Below the pieces are notes generated by a model that saw only the letters and a program-made list of their open reading frames with translations, was not told where the DNA came from and did no database searches. Positions 21,237-34,400 of a stretch of DNA of 64,000 bases are shown here, piece by piece (the stretch's first letter is position 1; the number at the start of each line of letters is the position of its first letter). The DNA comes from Lama glama. Lineage: Eukaryota. A program made the translations under genes and the position numbers. Location of the stretch: positions 65,348,001 through 65,412,000 of the forward strand of contig CM052841.1 in assembly GCA_028534125.1 (NCBI GenBank), in the 5' to 3' direction.

Positions 21237-24200
21237 CTGAAGAACAATAGCAGCAGAGGAGGAAAGAAAACTTTATTATTTTTTTTCTTTCCCATTTGGA
21301 AGCGGCTGTGAGCAGCTGGTTCCGAGGCTGTGGAACTGACATTTTTGCATTAACAGAAGTGCAGCCCCTTCAATAGCGATGTTTTGATATTCTATGCACA
21401 AGAAGATTAGATACGGTGCTGACAGATTTTCATAACGGTGGCAAAATACCATGGCATTTTTAAAAGTGAGGCTTTGTTCTGTGTTGTTTTCATGGGGAAA
21501 AAAAGAATGAAACACACTCGTACTCTGATGGCAAACGAGGTGTGTGATACAGCAGTTTGCGAAAGGATGGGGGAGAAACCCGCCTTGGAACTCGGCAACA
21601 CTGAGCCGAGGCTCCTGGAGACCCCCCTGCAGTTCAAGGCAATCAGCCTCCTCCTGGGGACCTGGCGGCCACGGTGGGGGGGGGCGTCAGCCGCAGACAC
21701 CTCTTCACTGGCTGAAGAGACCCTTGTAAATTACTTCCTACCCCCGCAAAACCCAGACCCAGGAGCGCTTGGGGAGACGTCAGCACTGGCACCCGGGACA
21801 GACCACAGCCCCGGGGGCGGAGGGAGGGCCTCCCTGCCCCAGCCCACCCGGGAGCCGCCAAGGGCTGAAAATCAATTTCAGGTGATGAATCCCAGCAGCT
21901 GTTTTCAAAAGACAGCGGCCTTATCATTTATTTGATCAGAAGATCAGAGGGGGAAATTTGTAGAAGTTCAGCGCAGGACACAGGAAAAATGATTATGAAA
22001 ATTGAAGGGTAAAACAACGTTTCCTGAGACAGGATTTTCACCAAACAGCAGAGTCGTTACCACTGAATTCATCTTGCTACGCCGCCCGACGTGGCAGTCT
22101 TGGCTTCTTGCAAAAGGCAGATGTTACCCTCTGCTACTTATATTTACAGCATTTTCTTTGCTGTAAAAATCAGAGGATAAACTGGACTAGAAGCAAATAT
22201 AACAGAACTCCTCTGAAGCCCAGGAATTAAAACAGGACGAATCTGTGCTATTGTACTGATTATGGAAGGGACCCCATCATAACCAGGTTAAAGCTACCTC
22301 GTCTCTTCAAACTCACCTGCAGAGGGTGGGGTGCAAGTGACAGCGGGGCCAGGGCTCCGTCAGTCACACAGTGGATTCTGCTGTGACAAAGAGGGAGAAC
22401 TGCAAAGTCATCCTGCGCTGGGGAAAAGATCTGGGGCAAGCGGGTAACAGGGCCGATAATCAAGGGCCGGACATTTGTAGCAAGAGCACGTGTACAGGAC
22501 AGGGACTTCGTGAGACCACAGGTACACAGGGAAGCACTGTCTGGGTTCTACGTCATCTCACGTGCCCTTCCCTCGATGAGGTACGTGTGATCACCGTCTC
22601 ACTTTACAGACGAGGAAACAAAGCCTGGAAGAGGGGAGGTAACCTCCCCAAGCCCACCCTCAGAGCAGAAGCCCAGGTGCGAACAGAGCGCAGACGGACA
22701 CGGCCGAGCTCTTCCCCCTGGGCTGCCAGTCCCAGATGGACAATGGAGGGGACAGGAAGGTCCAGCAGGGTCAAGGCTGACAAGTGACCATGGTTTGACC
22801 CAGAAGAGCCCTTCATGGTCTCACAGGACTGTTCTGGTGGGACGATGGTGGGGTGGAGGCCAGATGACAGAGTGAGGAGAGAAGGGAGAGAGGACAACTG
22901 AGGGGGGAGGAGCTGCTGGGGCCAGGGATGCAGGACACGGACCCGTCTGTGACTTGGGCTTTCTCATCTGGAAAATGGGGATGCCACTCAGAACGACACT
23001 CACGAGGCTTTGTAAAAAGGGAACAAGACACAGAGGCTGGCGGCTGGCACGGGGGCTGCAGGCAATCACAGCTACACACGAGGCAGCTGGAGTCCAGAGA
23101 TGCCAAGCGACTGCCCCCAGGCCACACAGGAGCCAGGACCGACTCTGGAGCCCTGGCAGCGGGGCCGGTGCTCTGTGATCACCTCACCCTTTCGTAAAGA
23201 GCAGGACGCTGCCCTGTGGACTCTGTGCGCCCATGTCCCGGGCGAAGGTCCGCACCTCGGGGGCCCACGTGTGGCGGGGAAGCGACAGGCCTGCAGTGAA
23301 CACAGCAAACCTGCTCCAAAGGAAGGCTGCCAGTTCTGGGGCTTGTAGTTTATTTTTAGTCGGGCGACGTGACAGACAGAGTGAGAAGGTTCTGACAGGA
23401 AGGAATGCTGCTTCTCCCCGCCTTGTTTGAAGCCTGGTACTCACAACATGTATAATTTTAAGCGTAACAACCCGAGTTTCAAAATATGCAAAATTTCAGT
23501 CAAAATATCCTCCCTGGCAGAAGAGCCACCACTTCAATGACGACTCCTGCCACCAGTAATGCAGAGTAAATCACCAGAGTCGCATCTGGGCGACTGGCAG
23601 GCCGACTGCCTGCAAGGCGCCCGGAGCGCGGGGGCCGCCTGGGGCTGAGCCCGCCACCCCACCAGGCAGAGCGGAGGACACGGCACAAAAGGCCGCACAA
23701 AGGTATGCAACACACTGTTGTGCACACGCACACACACACCACTCGGTCTGCCTCCAAGTCACGCAAAATCTGTCCCTTCCCAAATTCAGCCAGGTCTGGG
23801 GCCGGGAAGGTAACCTCTGGTGGGTGTGCTGCGCCACTGAACAGGAATATTTATGAAGGGTCTTCAAGTCCACAGTGCGGTAGAGGATGCTGTTAGATGG
23901 TCCTCCTTGCCTTGAGGTTACGGTCTCAAATTTTCCTAGCCATTCTATGATTTTACTCTAGTCAACGGGCTTTCGACTTGGGACTCAAACTCAAACCCCG
24001 AGTGGCAGTCCAGAAAGCAAGCAGGGTCACACTTTCCAGACTCAGACCTTGTCCTCAGGGGGAACAACCTTGGGGTCAACCCTGCAGCCACCCCGATGGG
24101 ACCCACCTTTCCCTTGGCCAGCTCACTCCCTGCTTTCCCTTTGTTCTGGTCCCAGTGCTGAAACAGGCAAAGTACAGATGGGAAGATGAAACACTATAAA

Positions 24201-27200
24201 CCCATGCCCACCACGGGCACATGTGGCCTTGGTTCTTCCTCCTGCCAAGCTGCAGTCCTCTCAGAAACTTGCCAACTTTCTTGCCCTCCTTGCCCTCCAG
24301 ATACCCAAACCCCTCTCAAATGGGCGTCCTGAGCATCCACCGGAGTAATCCTGTAGTTACCAAGCAACAGATCAGTTTATCTAGCCACAGGGAACTCCCT
24401 TGTAGTGAAGGCTGAATAACCCCCCTCGGGTACCAGGCTGGATTACCCAGCAGGACAGGCAGATGCCACTTTCACTGCCAATAAGGTGAAATCACAGCCT
24501 AATTAGTAAATCAATGTGCCCGCTAGGATGACCACTGGAGGAGAGAGATCTGAGGACCTTCTCCCAACTTTATCAGTAAATTCATAGATGAACATCGGAG
24601 GAGCCATTCTAACACAGGCTTTTGTTAACAGCATTCTACTGCAGGACAGAATTTTAAATTTTGTTTTATCACAAGAGAAAAATACGTATTTTTATGTGAA
24701 GTCTATCAATTTTTTTTAAGCCCATCAGTTTTTTTAAAAAGTTTTATGGCTTTAAGCTCGTGCTTAGAAATGCCGTCCTCAGATCTGAGCATTTAAAACA
24801 GACTTGAGTGTATTTGCTTCTAGTCTGCTACTGCTTTCATCCTATCTGGGTTGTATTTTGGTTGATGGTAGGATGCTGAGAATTCAGCCACTTCTTCACA
24901 AGAGCTACCCAGTTACCCAAGGCAGTGGGCAAGAAATCTTTCCCCTGAGGTCCCGAAACACACTTCTAGAACATTCCTTCAGACTTTCAGGACACTTCCT
25001 GTGCGGGCTCTGTGTAAGCAAGAGTAGATGACATAATGATGGTGATGATGGTGGTTGTGGCCGGCGGCAGTGCGGTCTCCCAAGCATTAGAACAACACAT
25101 AAGCAAGTGACAGTTACGTGGGTTGTTAGTGGATTTAAACATAACACAGTTCAAATCACAGTCATTCAAGCTGGCTATGTGACTTTAATAACAATGGTAT
25201 TATGAACGCTTACATGGCCCTTACTTATGGCAGGTAGTTTTAAGCACTTGGGAGGCATTTAGCCCACACACCTGAACACCCGTGAAACTTTCAGGCACTA
25301 CGAGCACTCCCACTTTACTGGTGACAAAACCGAGGCACAGAGAGGTTGAGTAACACGTCCAGGGAGGAGATGGGATCTGAGCCCAGGACTTCTGACTCCG
25401 TGACACACCTTTACCAGCGTGCTGTAAGTTTTTATCAAAATAAGGAGCAAGCTCCTTGCACAAAATATTTTTAATACCAAAGCAATGCCCGCATTGTATC
25501 AAATCTCAAAGACTTTTGGAACCCCCGAGAGAGTGCACTGTAACACAGTTGGATAACTGAAGTGAAAAAAGCACTTTTAAAATCAAGATTTGCTCAATCT
25601 CACTATAGATATTAAAAAAAATCCATATATGTATATATGCAGAGAAAGTGAGAATGATAAAAACTGTGAATCAAAATTAACTTGGACTGTGAGCTTATTG
25701 TGTGATTTTTAAACTTTTATCTTTTTCCTGAATTTTTACAATAAAAATGTATTATTTTTATAATCAAGAAAAATAGTAAGTTCACTTTGGGGGAAAAAAA
25801 ATGGCAGCATATTATCCTATGCTGAAATATCAGAGTATTTAAGTTTTTACTAATGAAAACCTCTTTGCCTTTGGCTTCCAGTTTGTTTGATTTTGTGAGG
25901 GATTTTTCTCTTACAGTATAATTAAAACAGAGAGAAGACTGGCAAGGTGTATTTCTTCCTCTAATTTGAAAAATCCTGCTTGTAAGCGAATGGCTGAGGG
26001 CCAGGGTGAGGCCCCGAGGACTCTGCAGGAGAAGGAAGGCCCCCGACTGAAAGAAAGGCCTGGGTTCTAAGTGACCACGAGGAGACAGTGACAACTTGAG
26101 GTGGTCTGAGGCCAGGTTCTGCTCCTGCCTCACCTTCACGGAGGAAGAAAAGTCTGAGCAGGGTTTCAGTGGCTCTCAGATGACAGAGTGACCAAGTCCA
26201 TGGAGAACCTGACAAGCAGTCTCTCTGGTGCCACGAAGTAGGTCAAGGACAGAACCCGCTAGCGCGGGGTGATCATTCAGCCTACCGAAGGGCAACACGC
26301 TCTCAAACCTCTTCGGTCACCGAAGGAAGAGGAGCTACCTCAGGGCTCTTTAAACCTCTGGGTTCTGTATTGGCAGAGATGCCGGCTGGTAGGACGACCA
26401 TTTTAGGGGAACCTTCTCTGTGATTTCTTAGGATCAAACTGGCTCTGGCTTTTGTAAAATTGCCAGGGCCCCAGGAGACACTTCCGCCCAGGTAAGCCCT
26501 GCTGGGGCCGTGGCTATTACAGCAAAACCCCTGAGAGAAGAATAAAAAAGGGCTCTCTGCCTCACACCCAAGAACCAGACCCAGTGAAGAACACGAAGGA
26601 GCCCCGAGCCCCGGGCAGGCCCAGGCGGTCGGCAGGTAGAGCCCACGATCCACCTGCTGCCTGGAAAGGTGGGAGCAGTGGCAGAGGGGAGAGGGGCTAC
26701 GTTCAGAGATGGCCGATGTCTGAAAGTGAAGCACTGAGTCAGGACCCCAGAAGTGGCTGGAGCTTTGAGATTACTTGGCCCAAGTGCCAGAAACCTCCAC
26801 AGGAGCTCTGTCGGGACTGAGGCATGGACGGCACACAGCAGGTGGCCATGCCGGGGCGGAGGCACGGGGCCCAGGTTCCGATGACCCTGGCTGGACCCTG
26901 GCGCTGACCTAGCTGATGACCGCGCAGGGTCGCAGCTTCCCCTGAGCCTGGTTCGCTCACATGTCAGAAGGGGCCTGCAGGCGGGTACAGGGCCAGCATG
27001 GAGGCACAGCGAACCAGAGCGTGTTAGAGTGCTTTATAAAAGCAAATTCTCTGTGAACATGTTAAGATGGAGAAATACTGGGTGGACACGAGAACAGTTC
27101 GTGTTCCTGTAACTGGTGTGATTACATCCTACAGATACTGACGGAGATGGATAAGCTTGGGGCCAAATTCTGGCACCAAACCCTCTGGGCCTGTCCCGCT

Positions 27201-30200
27201 CGCGCCACCATTATTAACGATTCGAATGACGTCATGAGGCCTATTTATCACCTTTGCAGACGGAAAGACGCCTGCAGGGACAGCTGACATGCTGGATGAC
27301 AGAGTACCCACCGCACCCCAACAGACCAAAAGGACGGGCCTCAGCCGCAAGGTGACACTGAGCCGGGGCAGGCGCAAGGCCCTGTTCTCCGGCCAGAGAA
27401 GGCGGGGGCTTGGATCACCACATGTGCAAACAGGCAGGGACTGAGCCACCAAGTTTCCACCCGAGCCACACGCTGCGCCGATGCCTCCTTTGATCAATGA
27501 CAACACCACCTTGTATTTTCATGTTTGTAAATCAATCGCACACATTCGGCATCTGAATCTCAGAGACCAAAGGGTGGGAAATGAAAGTGGTCAATTTCAG
27601 CCCATTTCAAGAGCTCTACCAGGGAGCAGGGCCCACTGTGGGGGTGGCGAACCCCCAACTGCAGGGAGCGCTGAAGCAGAGGCCTAACGGACAACCACTC
27701 CGTGCTCATCATGCGCCAGGTGCCGCGTGCCCATCATCTCTTCCCGTGTCCCACACGACCCCCCGGGACCCAGACTTCCAGGCCAGCGCCAGGGTCGGGA
27801 CCAAGGTCAGGACAGCCCGACCCCAAGCCCAGGCTTCTTCCACCGCGTCCTTCTGCCTCCAGACTTGGAAGGGAACTAGAGAAAAAGTCAGATCCACATC
27901 TTGCCCACAGGTGTCTCAAAAATCTTTCGACATGACTGCCCCATGAGCACAAGTTTCTACGATCCATTCCAGGGTTTGCTACTCTGACTTCAAATCAAAT
28001 TCTTGCATCTATGCACCAAAATGTCTCCTGCTTTAAGTCCACTTCTTTGGTTACACAAAGAATGATCTGTTCCCAGAAAGAAACACCATTAACAGAATTT
28101 ATCTACTTGCTACTTAGCCCAATGCTGATTCGAGAAACCAGAAGCTTTCAAAGGGGTGCAGGCAAAGATGCAGTCAAGCGCCGGGAGTGTGGACCCTGGG
28201 GTCTCATTCCCAGTGCCACGCGACCGGGCACAGCCACTTCCTCCTCAGCTACTGGGGACCCTGCCTTGGTCCCGGGCATGTGATGAGGGCTCAGTGAGAG
28301 GGTGCCCGTGGGCTCAGCGCTCCCAAGGGCACACAGAAGCCCTCAAGGCAGATGCCTCGTGCCACCAGAGAACTTAAGACTACCAGGCAGAGTCACACGC
28401 CGTCACTCCGGGATGTCGGTTCTCTCCAACCACACCCCTCTCCTTGACTGTTAAGTAGTTAAGACGTGAGTCCACATTTTGGACTGCTGGCTATAACATC
28501 AGGGCCAGGATGGAGATGACATCTGAAAAAGACCCGGGGTCATTCCGTCTGGGTCCTAAGCAGATGGAAAGGCTCTGGGGTCACTAAAGCAAAGGGCACG
28601 TGGAGGGGCTGGCAGTGGACACCTCCCACTCAGAAAGGGGCCGGGAACGTGGGCGGAGGTCAGAGGAGGGAGTGGCTGTCCCCACGACAGGAGGACTCCG
28701 GGGTAACAGAAACCAAACAGTGTGTATGCAGCAGGGGCGGGGGGTACGCGGCTTTCTTTCTTGATTTCTCAAATGGTCTGGACGAGAAGAGCCCGGGCGA
28801 GGACAACGCGGTTTAGAGTCGGGTCTCCTCCTGTCGCGCGCAGCCTCGTCCAGCATCTGCCGATTCGTGCTGGGCTGGCCGCACCTTCCAATTTCAGTGC
28901 TTGGAAGGCTCAACGGTGACTGACGTCTCGGGCATCCTCCCGGGAGAGGCTGGCCCGGTTCCTGTTCTTTGTTGTCAGCCCTGACTGCCTGGCTGAAAGC
29001 ACATCCTGTGGTCCCCGCTGTCTGCAGGTGACCCAGGTGTGGAGGAAGCGAGGGTCACTGTGAAGTCCCCCTAATCGCCTCATTAGCCGAGTGGGGACGA
29101 GGGCGTGTGTGTTCCACGAGGAGGCAGAGAGCTGGTAATTGCACGGTGTCAGGTAGAGACAAACCGTGGGAGAAGCAGGGGCCAGGTGTAAAGGGCTGTG
29201 CGGGCACAGCTGTCATCAGAGCGGGGCCCTGCCGCAGGGTGGGCGGCAGGAGCGACCAGGAGCTGCGCCGGGGCGCGGGGAGCGGGAGGGCAGGCCCATG
29301 CGGCACCACCCGAATGCAACGCGGGGCGCAACTCCATAATCAGCCAGGAACTCGTCTGACACATCGTCCCAGAGGGACTGCTCTGTGCCAGGTGTTCTCC
29401 AACCAGAAGAGACCCAGCCACCGTCCACAGCACTCTTCCTGTCCCTTGTCCCAGTCTGGACACTTCTCCTCAGAACAAATGTCCCAAGGAGACAGTCTAG
29501 TGTGGAGGCAAAGTCACCCATCTCGTCGCCCTTGATGGAGGGGCCAGTCGAACACGCCCTCATGCAGAGTCTGCGCAGCTGAGCCAGGTTCTGTGTTAAA
29601 TACCCCTACTTAGCCCTAACCCACATCCAGGCCACAAGGACACTTGGTGAGCACCTTGCTGGCCCTCTGCATTAAGGAGGACACCCAGCCCCTGCTCTGA
29701 GGACCACTCTCCTTCATGTTCTGAGGGGCTGACCTGGTCTAGGTGCTGGAGGCTGGGGGGTCAGAATGGCCTTCCTCTCACTCTCTGGATTCCAGGCTTC
29801 ACGTGGTCCCCTGGGTTGGGGCCTGGCCACTCCCAGCAGATTCTGAGAGCAGAGTCTGTCCCCTGCTCCACAGGACATGTATGTCTGTCCTCAGTCACCA
29901 CCACGGTCCTGGCTGCTCCCCTCTGGTCCCCAGGCCGAGTGGAGACCCCACTCCCTACCCGCCTCTACTGTGACAGCAGGGAAACAGGGCCCAAGGCCGG
30001 TCCTTTTGGGGGACTATTTTATGCGAAGAGGAACGTGCCCCAGGGCTCGCTCTCTCAGGACGGACGGACAGGGAGTGGATGGGACTCTGAAAGGCAGGGT
30101 CTGCTGTTTGCCGAGTTCACTGAACAATTAAGATGCATTTCCCTGGTCGTTATGTCAGAACAATTCCTTTTTAATCTTTCCCTTCATGCTCTTCCTTTCA

Positions 30201-31426
30201 GAATTACAGAATGCTCTCAGGTTCTAGTCACCTATTCAAAAATGCGTCCTGAGCACCTGTTGTGTGCCAGGTAGGTGCTGGGGCTGCGACGGGGAACACC
30301 AGACAGGGGTTTCCACCTGGAGCCACACGCCAGAGGAGACAGACACGAACCACACACACAAACATCATGGACGGGGCAGAGCTGCCAAACAAGGATGGGG
30401 GTACAATGTCCCTCGGGCAGGCGGGTCAGAGACGCCTTCCCCACAGAAGGGACGGGGGTCCAGAGGCGAAGAGGAGCAGAGGGCAGTCCAGGCTTACAGC
30501 ACATTTGGCGAAGGCCTGAGGAGAGAATGGGGACCCAGGGGGTGTTTTCATCATGGGAATAACGAGACATCACTGAAGGGCTGGAAGCCAGGGCAAGGCT
30601 TCCCTGGGGGTGGAGGCCCTGTAGCTGCCGGCACTGGGCAGGGGCGCAGAGTGGCCGCGGGAAACACAGCGGCAGACGGTTCCAGAAGGGAAGCTGAGGG
30701 GACAGGTGAGGATGGGGTTTCAAAGCTACAGAGAGCAAGGCAAGGAGGCCAAGGGCCGGAGAGCTGCACGCTGCTCCGAGACCGAGGAGAAGCCCTGGGC
30801 CTCCGAGGGTGGCTGTGCCCAGCCTCTGCTCTCCTGTCTGGCCAATCTGTCCTTTTACAAAATGACGACTGGCTGAACGAAACTGAGATTCTCACAGCGG
30901 GCAATACTCCAGGTTTGCCTTCAGCTAATTAAGTGATATTAGGGAGGCTGTAAATGCCACATAAAAATTGGCAGGCAAGCTGCTTGCAATGATGAGAATA
31001 TTGCTTTGCAGGGAGATGCGGCTGCAGTGTCTGAGTGCGCGTCTTGGAAGGACCGTGTTCTCAAGGTGGTTCCTGATAAGAAAAGTTCAAGGTGCTAAAA
31101 GGCTGTCAGCTAACAGGGGCACTTCTAAGAATGATGAGGGCTGGGGAGAAGGACCAATGTTGCTGTCCTTGTCATCGTATCTGCAAGTGCTCCCCCGTGC
31201 TCGCGTCCCAGGCACCGTGTCGACGCTTGATCCACATCATTTGGCTTGGTCCCCAGACAGCTGTGAGGCTCTGGGGCCCCCATCTGAGAGGTGAGGGGAC
31301 TGAGGCACAGAGGCGCCGAGTCACTGGTCCATAGAAACAGAAACGGTGACTCAACCCAGATGCCTGTGTGAGTAAGGCCCTGACTCGTAACCACTGTGAC
31401 ACTCCCACAGCCAGCCTTTAAGGAAC

Positions 31427-31487
31427 AAGGGGGCCAGGGGCAGGGAAAGGGGGGCCGGGGGCAGGGAAAGGGGGGCCGGGGCAGGGA
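31427..31487. repeat. G-rich tandem repeat, 21-bp unit, about 2.8 copies
   Basis: Unit approximately AAGGGGGGCCGGGGGCAGGGA repeated in tandem. Confidence 0.85.
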
Positions 31488-34400
31488 GATGGCTAGCAGG
31501 GGTACAGACTTCTCCAACCAGGGTATATTCTGCACAGTGACTCTTACAAGTTACAAAACACTTACTGAAAAAGCAAGGACGAGAATCCCAGGGAGGGGCA
31601 GGGCAAAGGCCTTCAATGAGGAAAAATGCCCCCCAAATGGAGGGCTGCAAACTCTCTACTTTGAACCTGAAGGATAAAGCACTTCACAGGTGAGGAAAGT
31701 CTGGCAAACATGACCACCCTAAGCACGTCTCCTTATTTCAGAGAGGACGCTAAATGACAAGTTTGGAAGTCACAGGTGAGGGACGTGCTCAGTGGAGCCG
31801 GGGGTGGTGGCTGGGATGTGGGGCCGGGACCCAGGGGACTGCCCCCCCCCTTTCATCCCTGAGCCCAGCCTGCCGAGCCCCGACTGGGCACGCCCAGGTC
31901 CAGTAAGTACTAAGGCGGGAGCGATCTCTAATTTCAGGCTGTTTACCTGTTTGATAAGTCAGAACTACTAGGTAACACTTAGCGGGGCCGGCTGGTTTGA
32001 GAAAATTTGTACGAAAACGTTTCCAAGCACTAAGAACGGCATCAGAAAGACGCAGACGGCAGGAGCCGGGGGGAGGCCCGTGTTAGGTCACCACAGTGAA
32101 GCTGTTTGGGGGAAAGCAGTGCTTTTTCTAATTACAGCACATAATCCAAATGAGACAGACTGGCTGAGAACCAACAGACTCGCTCGCTCTTACTGTCACA
32201 GAAACACTAAGACCTTAAGGATCGTTGGTTTCTATGTTCTTGAACCACAGAGTGTCAAACAGATGGGGCATTCGCAGCCCCCACTGGGTGTGGTGTTGTG
32301 TGACTGCCTAGACAGACAGACAGACAGACACCCCGGCAAACAGCACAGGTGCGCCCGCTCAGAGCCGGTGGTGCTGGGTCTCAGCGTCTCCTGGGAAGAC
32401 GGCAATTTTGGAAGGTACGTTACCATTGCCTCTCAGGCACTGCGGCATCTGTCTAGCTTCAAAATAAGAACTGCATTTCACGGGAGGAAAATGCTGTGTT
32501 CATGATGCATGTTGCCAAGGGGCCACTCAATATTTCACCCCCAGCACCGGCTCTCGGTGTGCACGTGTATGCAGGCGTCTGGGGCGGGGGCTGCTCTAAC
32601 AGGCTCCCGTGTCGGTGTCAGAAGAGTCTGTGACTGTGACTGTATTTCTGGGCACAGAGGGAAGACACTCACTGTTCCCTTTCAGAACTGAGGGCCCAAA
32701 AAGGAGTCAGAGACCTAGTGATTAAGATCTCGTTTGGGGACATTAACTGTTTTTCTTTTTCCGAGCAGCGGTCCAGTAAAGGCATTAAGGCACAGAGATG
32801 AGATAAAAACTTCCTGTCACTGCACGGAAAGGCCCACAAGGCTCCTCGCCTGACCTGCCCTTGCTTCACACGCTGACACCTGGCTGAACTTCTTGTCTGG
32901 GGTGTGGCAGGCGGGGCAGGGTTCTGCTTAGTCTGACCAATTTGGTTTGCACGTAACGTCATTATTCTAGGCAGTAAACACCATAAAATGGAATGCAGAA
33001 TAACTTAGAGAATTTAGTGCTATTATTTTATCCCGCCATACAAGACATAAGGAACCCATTCTCTTTCTTGACAGATGGATTTCGGAGGAGACGCCTCAGC
33101 TCAGAAACAATCATTGTGGCCATGGCGTTAACTCTCCACACTTGTGGGGGTTTAATGGACCTTTTTTTCCGTCCTCAAAAAGCAGCAACTGGCATTTGCT
33201 TGAGCCCTGACTGAGGTGAGGACAATCTGTCAAGCCCCTCTGTGGCTCACCCTGCCCACAATTATACGGTTCCCGTGCAGATTAGCTGCAAAGTCATTCT
33301 TCCTCCAGGAGTGACAGGTTTCCCCAGCGAAAAAAGGTACCTACTGTATCTTCGAGTGCCCGTCTGCATCAGCGAGGCAGGGCTGCGGTGGGAGGATGGA
33401 AGGAGTGTGGGGAGAAATGCCTTCAAAAGAAGGGCGTAACAACGGAAAAAGTAGCTGGAACAGAGTGGTGACATGGCAAGAACAGAGAGCGGCATTGTCA
33501 CGGGCAGAGTAATCCTGTGACACGCTGCTGTCACTCACCACCAGGCTCCCTGCCGCGCCAGCCAGACATCAAAGGCTGCCCCGTACCATCTTACATGCTC
33601 TTTATCGGCTAATCAGCCCATTCTTCCCCAGATAAAGCCCTGTTAAATCCCCGCTCACAGGGGCGCGGCAGCCCTGGCGCCCATCTGCCAGCGAGGGTCA
33701 GCGGAGGCAGGAGGGGCGGCCTGCTCGCTCCCTAGTGGCCTCCCAAGGGAAGGGCGACGCTGGCTCCAAGTCCCCCCAGCACCTCCCGCCTCACTGCTCT
33801 GCTTTCCAGGATCTGGAGAGGAGCTGAGGACACCTGGTCGTCGGCAGGGCTGCTGCCTGGGCGAACACTTGCTAATGAAATTCCCGGTCGGAAAGGTAGA
33901 GTGCCTGCTCGCAATAAAATATTGGGGTCACATTTATCTGCAGGAAGAGGAGTGAAGGGAATGTGTGTTTCTTACCAGTAATCATCTGGCCGTCCTGGTA
34001 CTACTTTCTCCAAGTGTTGGCATTTTAGAGAGGGCGACAGGACGGCTAGGTTTCCAGACCGCGAGGGGGTCGCCCGCATCTGACTGCAAGCCTCATGGTT
34101 CTGTCCCAACTCAAAATCAGCTACTACATGCAGATATCGGCCACCCCAAACCAGACACTGTGCTGGTCCACAGGCAGGACCCTAACTCTGGTGCAGGGCA
34201 GCCCCAAATCTGGAGAGGAGCTGAGGCACCCTCTCCCTCTGGGAGGACCGGGCTCTAGCAGAGGGTGGGCCGAGGCACGCAGTGTGTCGCAGCAGGCAGT
34301 GCTCTGCACCCCAAACTACCCCGAAGAAACCAGAGCCGGACGTGCCAGCCTTGTCAGGGCATCGGAGAACAGCAGTGTGTGGAGAAATGTCTGCCTCACA

